Positions 41,001 to 53,295 of a stretch of 64,000 nucleotides of DNA are shown piece after piece (the first letter of the stretch is position 1; every line of letters starts with the position of its first letter). The stretch spans positions 2,852,001-2,916,000 of the forward strand of contig NC_135263.1 in NCBI RefSeq assembly GCF_964204865.1. Direction: 5' to 3'. The notes beneath the pieces were generated by a model. The model made no database searches, had not been told where the DNA came from, and saw nothing but the letters and a program-made list of their open reading frames with translations. This DNA comes from Styela clava (Eukaryota). The translations under genes and the position numbers were made by a program.

Positions 41001-41362
41001 TAACAATGTAGTGAAGAAATTGGCTTTCCTAGTCGCTAACTAATACCACATTTCTCGCCAACACTATGTAGTGAACACTATGTATTAATTGTAGTTCATT
41101 ATGACCTCATACGCCTTTGTAATAAGCTTGAGACTACCACCAGTCTTTCTTTCTAGTTTAGGGTTCCTGACTAGGATGTGTCTTTTGTGAGAATGATGTA
41201 TTTTTATTGACAATATCGGGCCTAGTTCACTAAACGCGCCGAGTACTTCTAGTTGGCGTGACGAAACCATTTTCGCATACCTATGTCATTTCTAATCCCC
41301 GCCTGACTAGGCCATACTAAAATCACCCAACAATGTCACTGTGACGAAATAAGGCCCGTTAA
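38099..41362 (+). mobile_element. Kolobok-superfamily DNA transposon relic (DDE transposase on +, KolX-like remnant on -)
   Basis: Plus-strand exon fragments NEVNSSNDIEMKGLKNGIDALIAEGISIAELISDRHPSV...HIAK, WGRGIINHLYW and DIRKLSPSDQTFGLEAFHSLLNHFPPKMSHYSYKG. Minus-strand ASNHPAIHFV..NLQAVL and IP-CIHMIRRVW resemble KolX. TTAA at both putative ends, but the boundaries are uncertain. Confidence 0.65.
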
Positions 41363-41382
41363 AGTATACGGATTATACGGTC

Positions 41383-44000
41383 TTTTTTTTTTTTTTTGTA
41401 TATATTTATTAATATATAAAACACAGTTGATCGGTACATCTACAACATTATTAATCACTAATCATGAACAATACACAATTCATCATATAAGATAATCAGT
41501 AATTGTATCATCAAATTTTCCATTTTTGATCATGTTTCTTTATTTTGCCATTTTTATATGCAATAATCCGTTCAATTTCCCTCACTTCATACAGATATGA
41601 GGTAAAAACATTAAAAAGCGGTTTCTTTTTCTGTATCTTACAACGATATAGATAAAACCGGGCAGCAAGAAGTATACAGTTACACAATTTGTTATAAAAA
41701 TTACAAACATATCCCAACATGCAGTCTCTCTTCGAAAAGTTAAAATTAATCCCTGTTTTTGAGTATATCCACATGTTTAGAGTTTCCCAAAACTGTTGAA
41801 CAACTATACAATCATAGAAAAGGTGGCTGATAGTTTCAACATTGGAATGACAGCATTCACATGACTCTGATGGAACAAGTTTAAATTTGTACAATCTATC
41901 GTTTAGTACTATAGCACCATGGAACATTTTTACATGAAAAGATTGCAATTTGGTTTTAATAGTACAATAAAAGATATCCATATACAATTTATTCCAATTA
42001 AAATCACTCTCTAAAATAATAAAATCTGCCCATTTTTTTCTTGATTTATCAGGGGATATAAATTTGATCAAGTTCAACCATTCATAGATACTTTTATTTA
42101 CTTTTTCTGATTCGAATGTTTCAGAAATAAAATGAGATACATTCTCTTCAGGGTCACTTAATACACTAAAATCAATACAGTTTCCAATATTGCATAACCA
42201 ATCGTCAGGTAAAACTCCAGTGATGCGATAATAATTTACATACTCTACATCACTATATTGCATGTCATATTTTTCAGTCAACTCTCTATAAGTAAACAGA
42301 ATACCCGCATTTGATAAGTGTCTTACTGCTTTTATACCATGTTCATACCAAGATTTGATAAAAAATTGTTTTCTAGCATAAGAAATACTTTTGTTGTACC
42401 ATATAGGTTGGTCAAAAATTGACATTTTCCAATCAAAAAGCACATTTTTACAGAAATACCAGTTTTTAAATACATTTCGAATGGACGTTAAAGGTAAATG
42501 CTTCAGAACATATGAATTTGAGCTCAATTTTCCTTCAAGCATTGCTTGAAAACAGTATTGGCCAAGCACTTCCATCTCAATCAATTTCCACACTGGGTTA
42601 AGATCCTCATTTAAAAGTGTTTGAATGTATTTCATTTTCTGGGCAACAATGAAATTTTTTATATCTATCATATTAATACCCCCTTTTTCTTTGGGGCCAA
42701 TCAAGGTATTTCGTTTGATCCGCTCCCAAGTTGAACCCCATACTAATACATATATAGTTCCATTCAATTCAGTTAAAAAACTTTCAGGAACATCAATTGG
42801 TAAAACAGTTGCATGATATATTATCTGGGGTAGAATGAGAGACTTAATAATGCAAATCCTCCCCAAAAAAGTCAAATTTCTTGTTTTCCACACCTGGAGT
42901 AGCTTTTTGACTTTGTCTAATATTTGTGGAAAATTTTTGCTGTATATACCCTTCATTTTGTTTGACAGAATAACACCCAATATTTTAATTTTATCGTTCC
43001 AATTCAGAACATAATTACTACTAATCGGGGGGGGGGGGGGGGGGGGGGCGGGGTTCAACCTTAAAGCCAATATACATTGCTTGGCATTTTGCTATATTGA
43101 TTCTGCACCCAGATATAATTCCAAAAATATTTGCAGTATGAAAAAGGGCATCAATACTAGATTGTAATCCATTGGTTATTACAGTTACATCCTCAGCAAG
43201 CATAGAAATTTTCATAGAAATATTCCTCCATTTTATGGGTTCAATTTTGGGGTTTTGCCTGACCATGTTTGCAAAAATTTCGATTACTAATAAAAATGTA
43301 AGACAGCTGAAAGAGTCACCTTGCCTTAAGCCTCTATGGATTCCAAAATCATCTGAAATATGAGCATTATTTGTGACACAACACTTGATATCATTGTAAA
43401 GAATTTTAATCCATTTTATGAATTTAAGATCAAATCCAAATATATGAAGAATTTTGAACAAGAAATCCCATTTCACACTATCATACGCTTTTTGTATATC
43501 AAGAAAAATTAAAGCCCCAGGCAATGATTCAGCGACAGTTAGGTCAATTACATCACAAATCAGTCGAATATTATCCCCTATATTCCTCCCTTTAATAAAT
43601 CCAGTTTGATCAAGATCGACAATTTTGTTGATCACATTACTCATTTGGTTTGTTAATGTTTTACTCAATATTTTATAGTCCACGTTTAATAAAGTTATTG
43701 GGCGATAATTGCTTATACGATGTTCAGTTTGTCCTTTCTTAGGAAGAAGGGTTGTTACTCCCCTTTTTGTGTTTTGCTCAAAGTCCCTTTAACAAATGAG
43801 TGATTGTAGCTAGCCATCAGAAGATGTTTAATATCTTCCCAAAACACCTTATAAAACTCTGCTGGAAGACCATCAAGTCCGGGGGTTTTGTCAGATTTCA
43901 TGGATTTCAAAGCCTCGAAACAAGCGCCCTCTGAGATAACACCAGGACATAAGTCTCAAACTTCAGGTTCCATGTGTGGTATTCTGATCCCTTGCAATAT
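41383..44000 (-). mobile_element. 5'-truncated copy of the L1/Tx1-clade element at 56751-62184
   Basis: Poly-T at 41383-41397, 3'UTR and the C-terminal two thirds of ORF2 are colinear with the intact copy (roughly 90% identity by eye). Homology stops at ...gatcccttgcaatat (44000). Candidate TSD ACGGATTAT at 41368 and 44028. Confidence 0.95.
41511..43990 (-). pseudogene. Disrupted ORF2 (reverse transcriptase + zinc-binding domain) of the truncated L1/Tx1 copy
   Basis: Track ORFs 43021-43683 and 41511-43070 are two frames of one ORF2, split by a poly-C expansion. Catalytic LADD is changed to LAED, and there is another indel near 43765. Confidence 0.92.
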
Positions 44001-44045
44001 AGCAATCGCAATATTGCAATATTGCGAACGGATTATCGTCTAAAA

Positions 44046-46094
44046 CAGTGATTCCCAAAGTTGACGGTATCGCCCCCCAGTGGGCAAAAACGATACAGAG
44101 GGGGGCGAAAAAGTCGAAGGGGGGGGGGGGGAATTTGGGAAACCTGTTTTATGTTCGGCGCACTTAATTCTGTAATCTGTGTGCATTCGCACGCTTGAAT
44201 CATGTGGGCGATTATCACACGCGAAAGGATTTCTGGACTCGTCTTCGCAGTAAGGGACGGTAGTTGCGTATCCCACTGGTCGGCAAAATACGGCCGGGGT
44301 AAAATAATCTGGCCCGAGACGATTCTCTGAATGGACCTTTCCCCGACCTTTGACCGCGAAAAATTCTTCCCATACTTTACCATTTTAAAATTTTCGGTGT
44401 TTATTTTAAGAGTGGTTTCGCGAGTTGTTGCCGGTACAATGGGGTATTTGTTTCAAACTATCATTCTAATACAAACCATTCAACAATCTGTTTTTTAAAA
44501 GTACCGATGAAGAATTTTAGCCTATAGTCTATCACAGCTGTTTCTACACTAATTTTGGATTCCTGTAATTAAACTGAGGAAGACGAAGTAATCATTGATT
44601 TATATTTAAATTTCCGAAAAACAACTAAAAACTAACGAACATAATTCAAAAAGCGAAACTGAGGTAATGTTCACGACCACGCCTGAAAATCTGTCTGAGT
44701 GAGCGTGTCTGAGTGGATGTGAAAGGGGGCATTGTTACGTTTTTGCATCTTGCCGATTGGCCAATGTTACGAAGTAAACAAGGAAGTCTATGTCCGGGTA
44801 AACATCCAAACGGCGGTTTTGACGATGAAAATTTTTTATTTATAATCTACGCTCGAGGAGTAAATTACATTTTTTTACGTATCAGAATTAATCGTGAGAC
44901 ACGTTTGGACTAAATTTTATTATATCCTTAAAATTCTTTTGAACAGCTACTCGTTTAACGAGCCCACAATTTAATTATAATTAGACAAATGGAAACACGA
45001 AGAAAAGTTGATGCTGAGGGCAGGGGTTCAATAGCGCAGTCAATATTCGATTATATTGCAATGCAATGAAAAATAAAATTCATATTCTATTCGAGACATT
45101 CATCACTGCTTAATTTTTGCAAGAATGTATCTTCTGGGAAATCTTCATCAAAATTTCACAAATCATGCGAAAATATTCACTTCGATGTTTGGAAGTACAT
45201 ATTTGTGCGAACAATTTTTTTCAAAAATGAATATTACAAAGAACTAGGATTAATGATGCCCATTTAGAAAATGTTCCAATTTTGGCGTCGTAAAGCTATT
45301 CAGCGTGATGCAGCAACAAGACAGTGTCACATTAAATGTCATTGTAATTTTTTTTAATAAGACGACTGAGTTGAGTTCACGAATTGTCGCAGTTTTCGCG
45401 CGCTGTTTCGTTTTTAACTTTCAAAAAATATATGCGACCCGCAAAAGACTGGCAACCCTGAATTTTGTCCCGCGAGCCGTAGCCGATAGTCGATCACGAC
45501 TTCTTCCACATCCGAGTCCATGAATCCAAAAACAAATGGCTGATTAATTATGGACTGGTGATCGGACTGGAGGCCGTGGTAGGATGAGGAATCGGGGATA
45601 AATTTTTACCACAGTATTTTGGTGCATGTCATCATGCTGTACGAATGAATGAGATGTACGAAAATCATTATTATAAGTTTGGGAAAATTAACTTTGTTTT
45701 CATTATTTTAATGTGAAATAGGGCGAATTTAGGAAGTGAAATACTATAAGGCAAGAGTACACGGCGGTTTTTGAGGAGGTAGAACCCTGGATTCTTTCAT
45801 TTCCGACCTATTATATGGTGAAAAAGGGGTTTTCAGCCGTGCTACTATTGCTATCAAAACAACGAAATCGCTATTCTACCAATAAACGGGGTAATTTTAG
45901 ATACAATAAAAAACTCGCTGAAGAACACCAAGCTCATCTATTTCAATAAAAAACACTATAAACTATGATTTGTCTTCTTATTTGGTGTGTAATATATTCG
46001 TTTCTGACTTTATATTTTTTGTATTGTCGGGGGGCGATGAAGTTGTATAAACTACTATAGGGGGGCGATTGTCAAAAAAGTTTGGAAACCACTG
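44046..46094. mobile_element. Non-autonomous hAT (Charlie-type) element with nested MITEs
   Basis: TIRs CAGTGATTCCCAAAGTT / AAGTTTGGAAACCACTG, atcgcccccc subterminal motifs and a perfect TSD GTCTAAAA (44038-44045, 46095-46102). Confidence 0.9.
44332..44808. mobile_element. Second copy of the TGGACCTTTCCCCGA-TIR MITE
   Basis: Colinear with 13470-13916. Right TIR decayed. Confidence 0.75.
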
Positions 46095-46404
46095 GTCTAA
46101 AACGCGCAGACGATCACCCGAAATCAAGCAAGCTATTTCTCTCGTTTCTCGTCGGTGCCCGTGCAAGAGAGATCGCTCGCGTTGACGAATTCGTTTTCGT
46201 AAGCAGAGATGCCATTTTTGGCGATCTATGGCGTGATTGTGACGTCGTAGTGACGTAATTTTTGGTTGACGTAGTCAGGTGGGGGTTGGGAATCCTGGAT
46301 CCAAAAAATGTTTGTGCCATGCCAACTACAAGTACTTACGGCGTTTAGTAAACATGCGCTACCACGCCGAAGCATAAATGAAATTCTAAATCAAAGTATT
46401 GGAT

Positions 46405-46690
46405 AGAATTTACATATTTATCCCGGGGAAGAGGAAAGCGAATAAGACGGCTCAACCATATGGCGGACCACGGCCTCTAGTCCGGTTACGATTCCATGTC
46501 GGGTGTGAGATTAGTCAGTTATTTGTTTTTTCGGAAGCATGAACTTGATGGTGGAGAACGCCATGACCGACCAGCGGTTAGGTGAACTCACGTTAACGTT
46601 ACTCACCTACATATGCTCCAATAAGGAAGAAAGGCAAAATGGAAGTGAAAAACCTCATATCTACCCAATCCTCCGTCTCCAGCAGACTCG
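46405..46690 (-). mobile_element. Interspersed SINE-like repeat (related fragments at ~5895-5970 and ~45520-45600)
   Basis: Shared ...gaggccgtggt(c)cgccatatg...ttcctct(t)cccc..ataaatatgtaaat tail in three places. No clear Pol III boxes identified. Confidence 0.45.
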
Positions 46691-47724
46691 AGCAAAATAT
46701 TGTTAATTCTCATTGAATTGTTTACTAAAAATACAAACTAACTGTGCGACCACTGTTAAATAAGGACATGAACTTCACGCAGCCTTGTGTGACTTCATAT
46801 CATACCTACGCACTTGCTCGCGGTTCACGTCAAATGAGAGCGGGAAATATTGCTTTTAGTTTACCACATTCACCAAATGCCATAATTAAATTCACCAATT
46901 TTTTTTCAAAATTCGCAAAATGGCTTAGCGGAAAAATTTACTCTTAACTAAAGCCCGCGAGGAAATTCATACATTTTATAATAATTAGATTAGGTTCCGT
47001 ATTGAATTGTATTATTAAGAATATTCACGATAAAATAAAACAGCCAGTGATTATTTGAATGAATTCAAACTGTTTTCAAACAGTTCTTCAGGAACGTTTA
47101 TCGATAATGCGTTGAACGAACTGTAGAAGTTGATGACGCATAAAATGAAGAATGAAATTTATTTTATGTAGGAAAAAAGATTATTGATTATTTTTCAAAA
47201 TATACTATCGATTGTATTCAACATATATCTCGAAAATTAACTTGAAATCCGTTAACCTTTAGACTTTTCAAGCATAAACACCCTGTATGCTTTTTTACTG
47301 TTTTTTTGTCAAGGAAGCGGCCAAGACTCGTAAGAACCACTCCCAAGGTGTTTTTTTTTTCGCAAATGGAAAGATTTTCATCAACAAACGGCAAAAATTA
47401 TTTACATTATTTACCTAAACGGACTGAATCCTAAGTTTCAATGATGCACAAAAATTTTCTTTGTTTTATTACCGATTCAAAAAAATTCATTTTACGAATC
47501 TTTATCTAACAATAAATTCAAATACATTATGAAATACTGAACAAAAATTATACTGAAATTAATGAATGCATAAAATGCTACAGGACAGCAGAATATTGAG
47601 ATTTTCGACATTTCGCGACTGCCATGGAAACATCTTGCAGTTTGCGATAAATAAAATAATCTTACAAAGATAGTTCATTACTCATCAATATTTGCAGTTT
47701 ATGTTTGTAGAGTTGCCATCCCTA

Positions 47725-50608
47725 TTAATTTTTCTGAAATTGACAAACCATCCCATGGTTCAAAGTTTCGGGTTTGTTATTTACCATCCCTTGGTTGGAG
47801 AAAACTGGATCCCGGTTGAGTGCCAGATAGACATGTGTACTATCGATACGTCTACCTCCAAGGTACGGTAAATTCGGAAACCATCTGGTGTAAGCGTTAG
47901 CAGGAGTAGTCACATTGTTCTAAAAACAAATAATAATCCAGGTGTAATGAAGATTAACATCGTCGGTATGTATTGGGATTGGAAAACAAAAGCTGCAGTA
48001 AAAGAGCTCATTTTCTAGTGAAGATTCAACTGCGTTAGATGACCTCTACTGCCTTTTGTAACGCGGGAATCTCGTGAGTAAAATTCTTCTATATTTATAT
48101 ATTTTGTTGACACGAATTATGTTATGTTTAATGTGTAAGTATGCTTTACTCACACCCAATCATTATAACGCGCGCCATAGATTAAGCCAGCATTATGATA
48201 GAAGATTTATTATTAGCTTACGAATCAAGAGCCACAAGTTAAACAGCTAGCAACTAAAACAGCTAACAACTGAAATCAGATTTTAAATTTTTATGCATCA
48301 CCTTAAAGGTAAAACAACGCACTTCTGCAGAAGATAATGATACTAACCAGAGGTTCGATTTGCAATTTAATCCAGAAGAACATGTTTTGATCTGACGTCA
48401 TCTTTGATCGCAGCAGGTTTATTACATTATCGTACACTTCATCGTTTGCAATCGAAGCCAATGTTGAATTTCTTTCAAGACATTTTCCCTGGGCTTGGCC
48501 ATAGATGATCATTTCGAAGTCGTGAACTCCTGTCCAGTAGCAAATTGAATCGAACTGATATTTACAAGTTGGGTCGTCTGGATGAAAAATTAATAGTAAA
48601 AGTGTGAATAATGTAACATATAAAACTGATGAAGATTATAACATTAAAGTTGAGATAAGAGTTGGATACCCCAATATACAAAACAGAATTATATAAGAAA
48701 AGATAGAATGTCAAAGGTGTATGAAGACGTCATAGCAATAAATCGAAAGAGCAATATAAAGCAATACCTCTGACATCGACGCTTTTTCCGGTAGTAGACG
48801 CCTTCAAGATTGGTTCTTCCGTAGAATTCACAGCATTTTCTATGCTTGTATGCATAGTGTGTTGATTTCCAGCCATGACTATTGAGTTAGTCAATTGCAA
48901 ACCTTCAAATGAAGACGTAATTTGTTGCGTGGTGAGAGATCTTGCTTCTATTGCTTCATTTACTTGCAACTGACAAGCGACCCCATGAATCTCTTTTTGT
49001 GGAGACATGTTCGCCATTCCCTGCCCTGTAGAGGCCGGATCCCGGTTGATTACAAGGTATACATGTGTTTTATCTACGTTGTCTTTGCTTGTAGTAGGCC
49101 GATTTGGAAGCCACATTGTGTAAGCGTTCGCGGGAATTGTGTCGTCGGTCTAAAAAACAAACAATACTCATTGTTATGGTGAATGATGATGTCTCGAAGA
49201 GTCTCTTATTTTTGAACAAAAGAAAAACACTCAGTATCCAGTTGCAACATTTATACATGAATGCTACTTTTCCCGTATGTCACTTAATTATTTGGTAAAT
49301 AAGGCAAAACTGTGAGAAAATATATTTCAAATTAAATTGGGCCATTTATTTTCCAGTAAATTCGAATCAATGATTTTAAATTGAACTTCAATCTTTAAAT
49401 TGGTAATTTACACGTGGTGCAAGAATGAAAAACACTAACTGATCTGCAAATGTCTTGTCATCAATTTTAACGTCATCGCTCAGAAATATATTAATATATA
49501 CAGACAAGGGTGAATCCAACTACTCGAATGATTTTATATATAGTGTTGCGAAAATATAATGAAATTTAGTTCGAAAATGTTACTCGAAAAAAGTTGGTCG
49601 CCATATTCTTCTCATTTTTGAATGCCGATGTAAATTCTCAGAAAACATGTGTAACTAAAATCAATAAGACTAAGCTTTAAAGTTCGACGGGATATAGGCC
49701 AATATTCACCGAAGGATCTATTTGTAACTAAGTCCAGATTTGAACGTTTTCAACACGAGCCGGAATCTCTGATCGTATCATAGTTGTTATTATATTGTAA
49801 ACCTGACTGTTGGCAATGAGAGCCAATGCTGAATATTTTGAGTTGCACATTTTCATCGCTTCCTTGTAGTTTAAAGTTTGGGTAAGGTTAACTACTGTCC
49901 ATGTCCAGTAGCAAATTGATTTAAACTCGTATTCGAACTGTTGGTCTAGGAATGAAAAAGGCTATGAGTTTCATGGAAATATGACGTATGTGTTGGAAGT
50001 TGTATGATTACTGACAAACATAAGAATGATAGAATCTTCGAAATAATCAAATTCTTACCAGTCCTGATAGTGGTATCAAAACTTTTTGATCTGAAATGGC
50101 AAAAAGTTATCAATGTAGCTATATAAGATGACATTGCTTACTCGGGATTATAGTAGAGACAGCAGTGGTAATCGTGTCACTTGAGCTTTTAACTGTTGTT
50201 TGGATCTTGCTTGTTAAATTTTCATATGGTATTGATGTTGTTTCATTGCTTGGACGATTTATGGAAATGCCATAAGTAGTTGTAGGATTGTGTAAGTACA
50301 CGGTACCGTCGTCTCTATGCGTTTCATCGGTACTATTTAAGACAGTTTTATTATCCGTCAATTCAATTTCATCAGTGATGTTTTTTGTATTTGTGGCTGG
50401 GTTTGACATGTCTACTTTAATTGTTGGAGTGGCTGATATGGTCATCGTTGGATGGTTACTTTATTCTGAGTGGTAAAGGTTTGTGACTTTCCCACATGAA
50501 CACTTGATCTCGTAAACTTCTCAGGTGCCCTCGTCCCTTCCTGAATGCTAAAGCTCGGATTTTTTATCAGAATGGACGTCAATTTTTCTTCTAGTTGGAA
50601 CCTTAGGT
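47725..50608 (-). pseudogene. Gene B: Ser/Thr-rich mucin-like stalk plus two tandem C-type lectin domains, disabled
   Basis: GT-AG exons 50608-50059, 49945-49710, 49149-48768, 48577-48348 and 47919-47725. CTLD hallmarks: CYW..Y..A...C....LA.I...(F/I)W, then PANAYT.W.P and G..CQ. In-frame TAG at 49730-49728 in CTLD1 and frameshifts in the stalk exon. 5' exons not found. Confidence 0.8.
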
Positions 50609-51394
50609 CTAAAATGTATATACATAATAAACGTGATGCTATTTTTTTGTAATACTACATCAATGTCATTGAAATGCCAGATGTTGTATTTTACGTAAGT
50701 TAAGTATTTTGACCTACACTGTTAAAAATTTTGGTAGCTTTAACAAGGAAATGGCAGTTAAAAATACATTTCACTTCCCTGTTTTTGTGACGCCGTAAAA
50801 TATACTGGGAATTCCTGAAAAAACGATGGGATTTCACTGTACGTCATCTCTTTTGCTTTTCTACTGGCTACTGTATTCTCTCGTTTTTAAACAAACCAAT
50901 CACAGACGCTTATTTTCTCGCGCCAAAACGTATGCGGCAAGCGATAAAGAGACTGACTGTCACGAACCACGATCCGCCATTGACCAAGAAGGCGGGTTCT
51001 TCCGTTTTAATGAGGAAGTTGATCAATGTAGGAGGTTTGAGTTATACTGATGGGTAGGCGGCGATACCAGTATGTTACCGAACTTTGTGATAGCTATATA
51101 ATGTCAGAAAGGTAATGTGTCTTATAGGCCTACATGTGAATGCTTTGAAATGGATTTACATTGTTCATTAACAACTTGTCAGAAATCTTTTCAAACTTCT
51201 AGCATGATTTCCAAGCATGTCAATTAGAGTAGACTATAGGAAATCAGTAAAAGATGCTGTTATTGCAAGAGATACTCTATGATGAAAGCATTACACGGAG
51301 CACAGACGTGATATCAATAGTCTACGGTAACAATTTGCCGATTGCAGACGTTCAGACAGGGTGGCCCTTCATATTTGAGAGTGGATTTCTAGAC

Positions 51395-52452
51395 CAGCGG
51401 TTCCCAAACTTCCTAACCTGGCGGACCGGTAAAATTAGATTAAGTGTACTCGCGGACCGGCAAAATATTAAAATGGCCGGAACAGAAAAGAATAACATAT
51501 ATTTGCGTAATATAATGCAATGTCGGGCACCCAATATGCGTAAGAAAGGCACGCATAAAATATCTCACATTAAAAACAGGTACATGCCAAATCATGTACA
51601 AACACAATTAACTCCTGTGAGTATAAGATTACAAACGAGGCCTCAAAAAAGTTTTTGCAACGCGTAGCTCTGCAGAGGCGTGCAGCCGTTTTTTTTTGCT
51701 TCGTTTTAATTGAATCTAGTGATGAAAATGTTTTTTCGCATAACGCATTAACTGGCTGAAAAAACGGACAACAGTTTGATTACTCGACGATGGGTATTCG
51801 CTATCAAGAGATATCTAAAACTGTGATAACTAATTCTTTTTTAATCTGGACTGTAAAGTAAAATCGCCGTTTTAATCAAGTCTTTTCTCATTCATTGGGT
51901 TCATCATATTAATCCCTCTGCAGTTGATCGACGCCTCAAACGAAATGAATTTGCATTACAATGACAAAGTCGTCGGTAACTTGGCAACAGGCTTAAAATC
52001 CTACTGTGTCTGGAAAACCACCTGTGGGGTCGCAACAAGTTCATATCCTTCTGGAATATTATTATGTTCTTGACTGTTTTCTGGTTTAAAACAGGAGATA
52101 TGCATTACGTTTTATATGGGTGTTTCATATTAATCAGGAAAAGCACGCAGAACAGAAAAAGCACGCGTGCCGATTTTGAGGATTCTTAATTTTGCGAGAT
52201 TTGATGGAGCGCATTCGAGATGAATCGGAGGCGAAAAGTGTGAATGCTCGGCGCCAAGATGTGGCGTAAGACGGCGTCAAGATGTCGCGAAAAACGTCGC
52301 AATATGACGACGGAAGAGAATTGCGTAATGAGCCAACGCAAATTTGTCTACGGTAAAGCGATTGAGACGGCATAAAAACATCAAAACAACCAAATTTCTC
52401 GCGGACCGGCAAAAAATCTTCACGGACCGGCACCGGCGGTTGGGAACCACTG
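51395..52452. mobile_element. hAT (Charlie-type) MITE inserted in the EnSpm ORF
   Basis: TIRs CAGCGGTTCCCAA / TTGGGAACCACTG, perfect TSD TTCTAGAC and cggaccgg subterminal repeats. Confidence 0.92.
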
Positions 52453-52900
52453 TTCTAGACGAACACTTCACCTACACGGCAGGGCAGAATGAGTTGCTCA
52501 ATAACCTGGACGAAAAATCGATCAATGTATGCAGCGCAGGTGAGTGTTACCAATAATGCATGTCTACGTAGTGGATTACAGAGAGAAGTGCTTTTACCAT
52601 ATGTGGTCATAATAAACAAAAAATCAAGTGAGACACTCACAAAGCATATAACTTCGATATTATGTTTCTTAAATCTCTAATATTACCATTAATAATCTTG
52701 CCAATTGTGCTAGCATCGGCCAAATTTGAGCAATGATGAATAAGACCTGTTTTTAAATATTTCTCTCACGTGCTCGTCCGCAAGTAGAATTATGATTTCT
52801 CATGTTATACACTCGAGACTCATTTCCTGCTGTTCACACTGTTGTTCTCCTGTTCTTAAGCATCTTATCTTGATGTTTGTCATTAGCACTGCGTTGTAAG

Positions 52901-53295
52901 TAGGGCTGGGCATTTTCGAATACCTGATGATTTCAGAATCGAATCGAATATTTTTTTAGAATCGAATCTCGAATACTTAAGAGATATAAAATTGTATGTA
53001 ACTTCTATATTATATTAGGTCTTCCAAGCATATAAATTACTAAAAACATAGAATACATCACTCAGGCAGATTACTGAGCGTTCACACACAATAAAAAAAA
53101 CGTTTCCATCAATAACACACTACAGAAAAGAGTTATATGTCACAATTGCGTTGAAAAAAATATGGCTTCAGTAAAAAAAATTGGGGAATTTACCTCGACT
53201 ATTGTCGAAAGAAAAAAACAAGATGGCGGCGATTCGAAATTTTGGTTTGAACCGATTCGAATTATTTACTATTCGATTCGAAATGCCCAGCCCTA
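52901..53295. mobile_element. hAT-like MITE with TAGGGCTGGGCATTT TIRs
   Basis: tagggctgggcattttcgaat ... attcgaaatgcccagcccta with tcgaa subterminal repeats. Partial TSD gttgt. Confidence 0.8.

Noticed and set aside
41511-43070. 519-aa ORF beginning MALRLNPAPPPPPPP as an independent proline-rich gene
   Set aside because: It is the frameshifted C-terminal part of the L1/Tx1 ORF2. The poly-Pro comes from a poly-C expansion.
51254-51667. 137-aa ORF as a host gene
   Set aside because: Chimera of the EnSpm accessory-ORF relic and the hAT MITE end.
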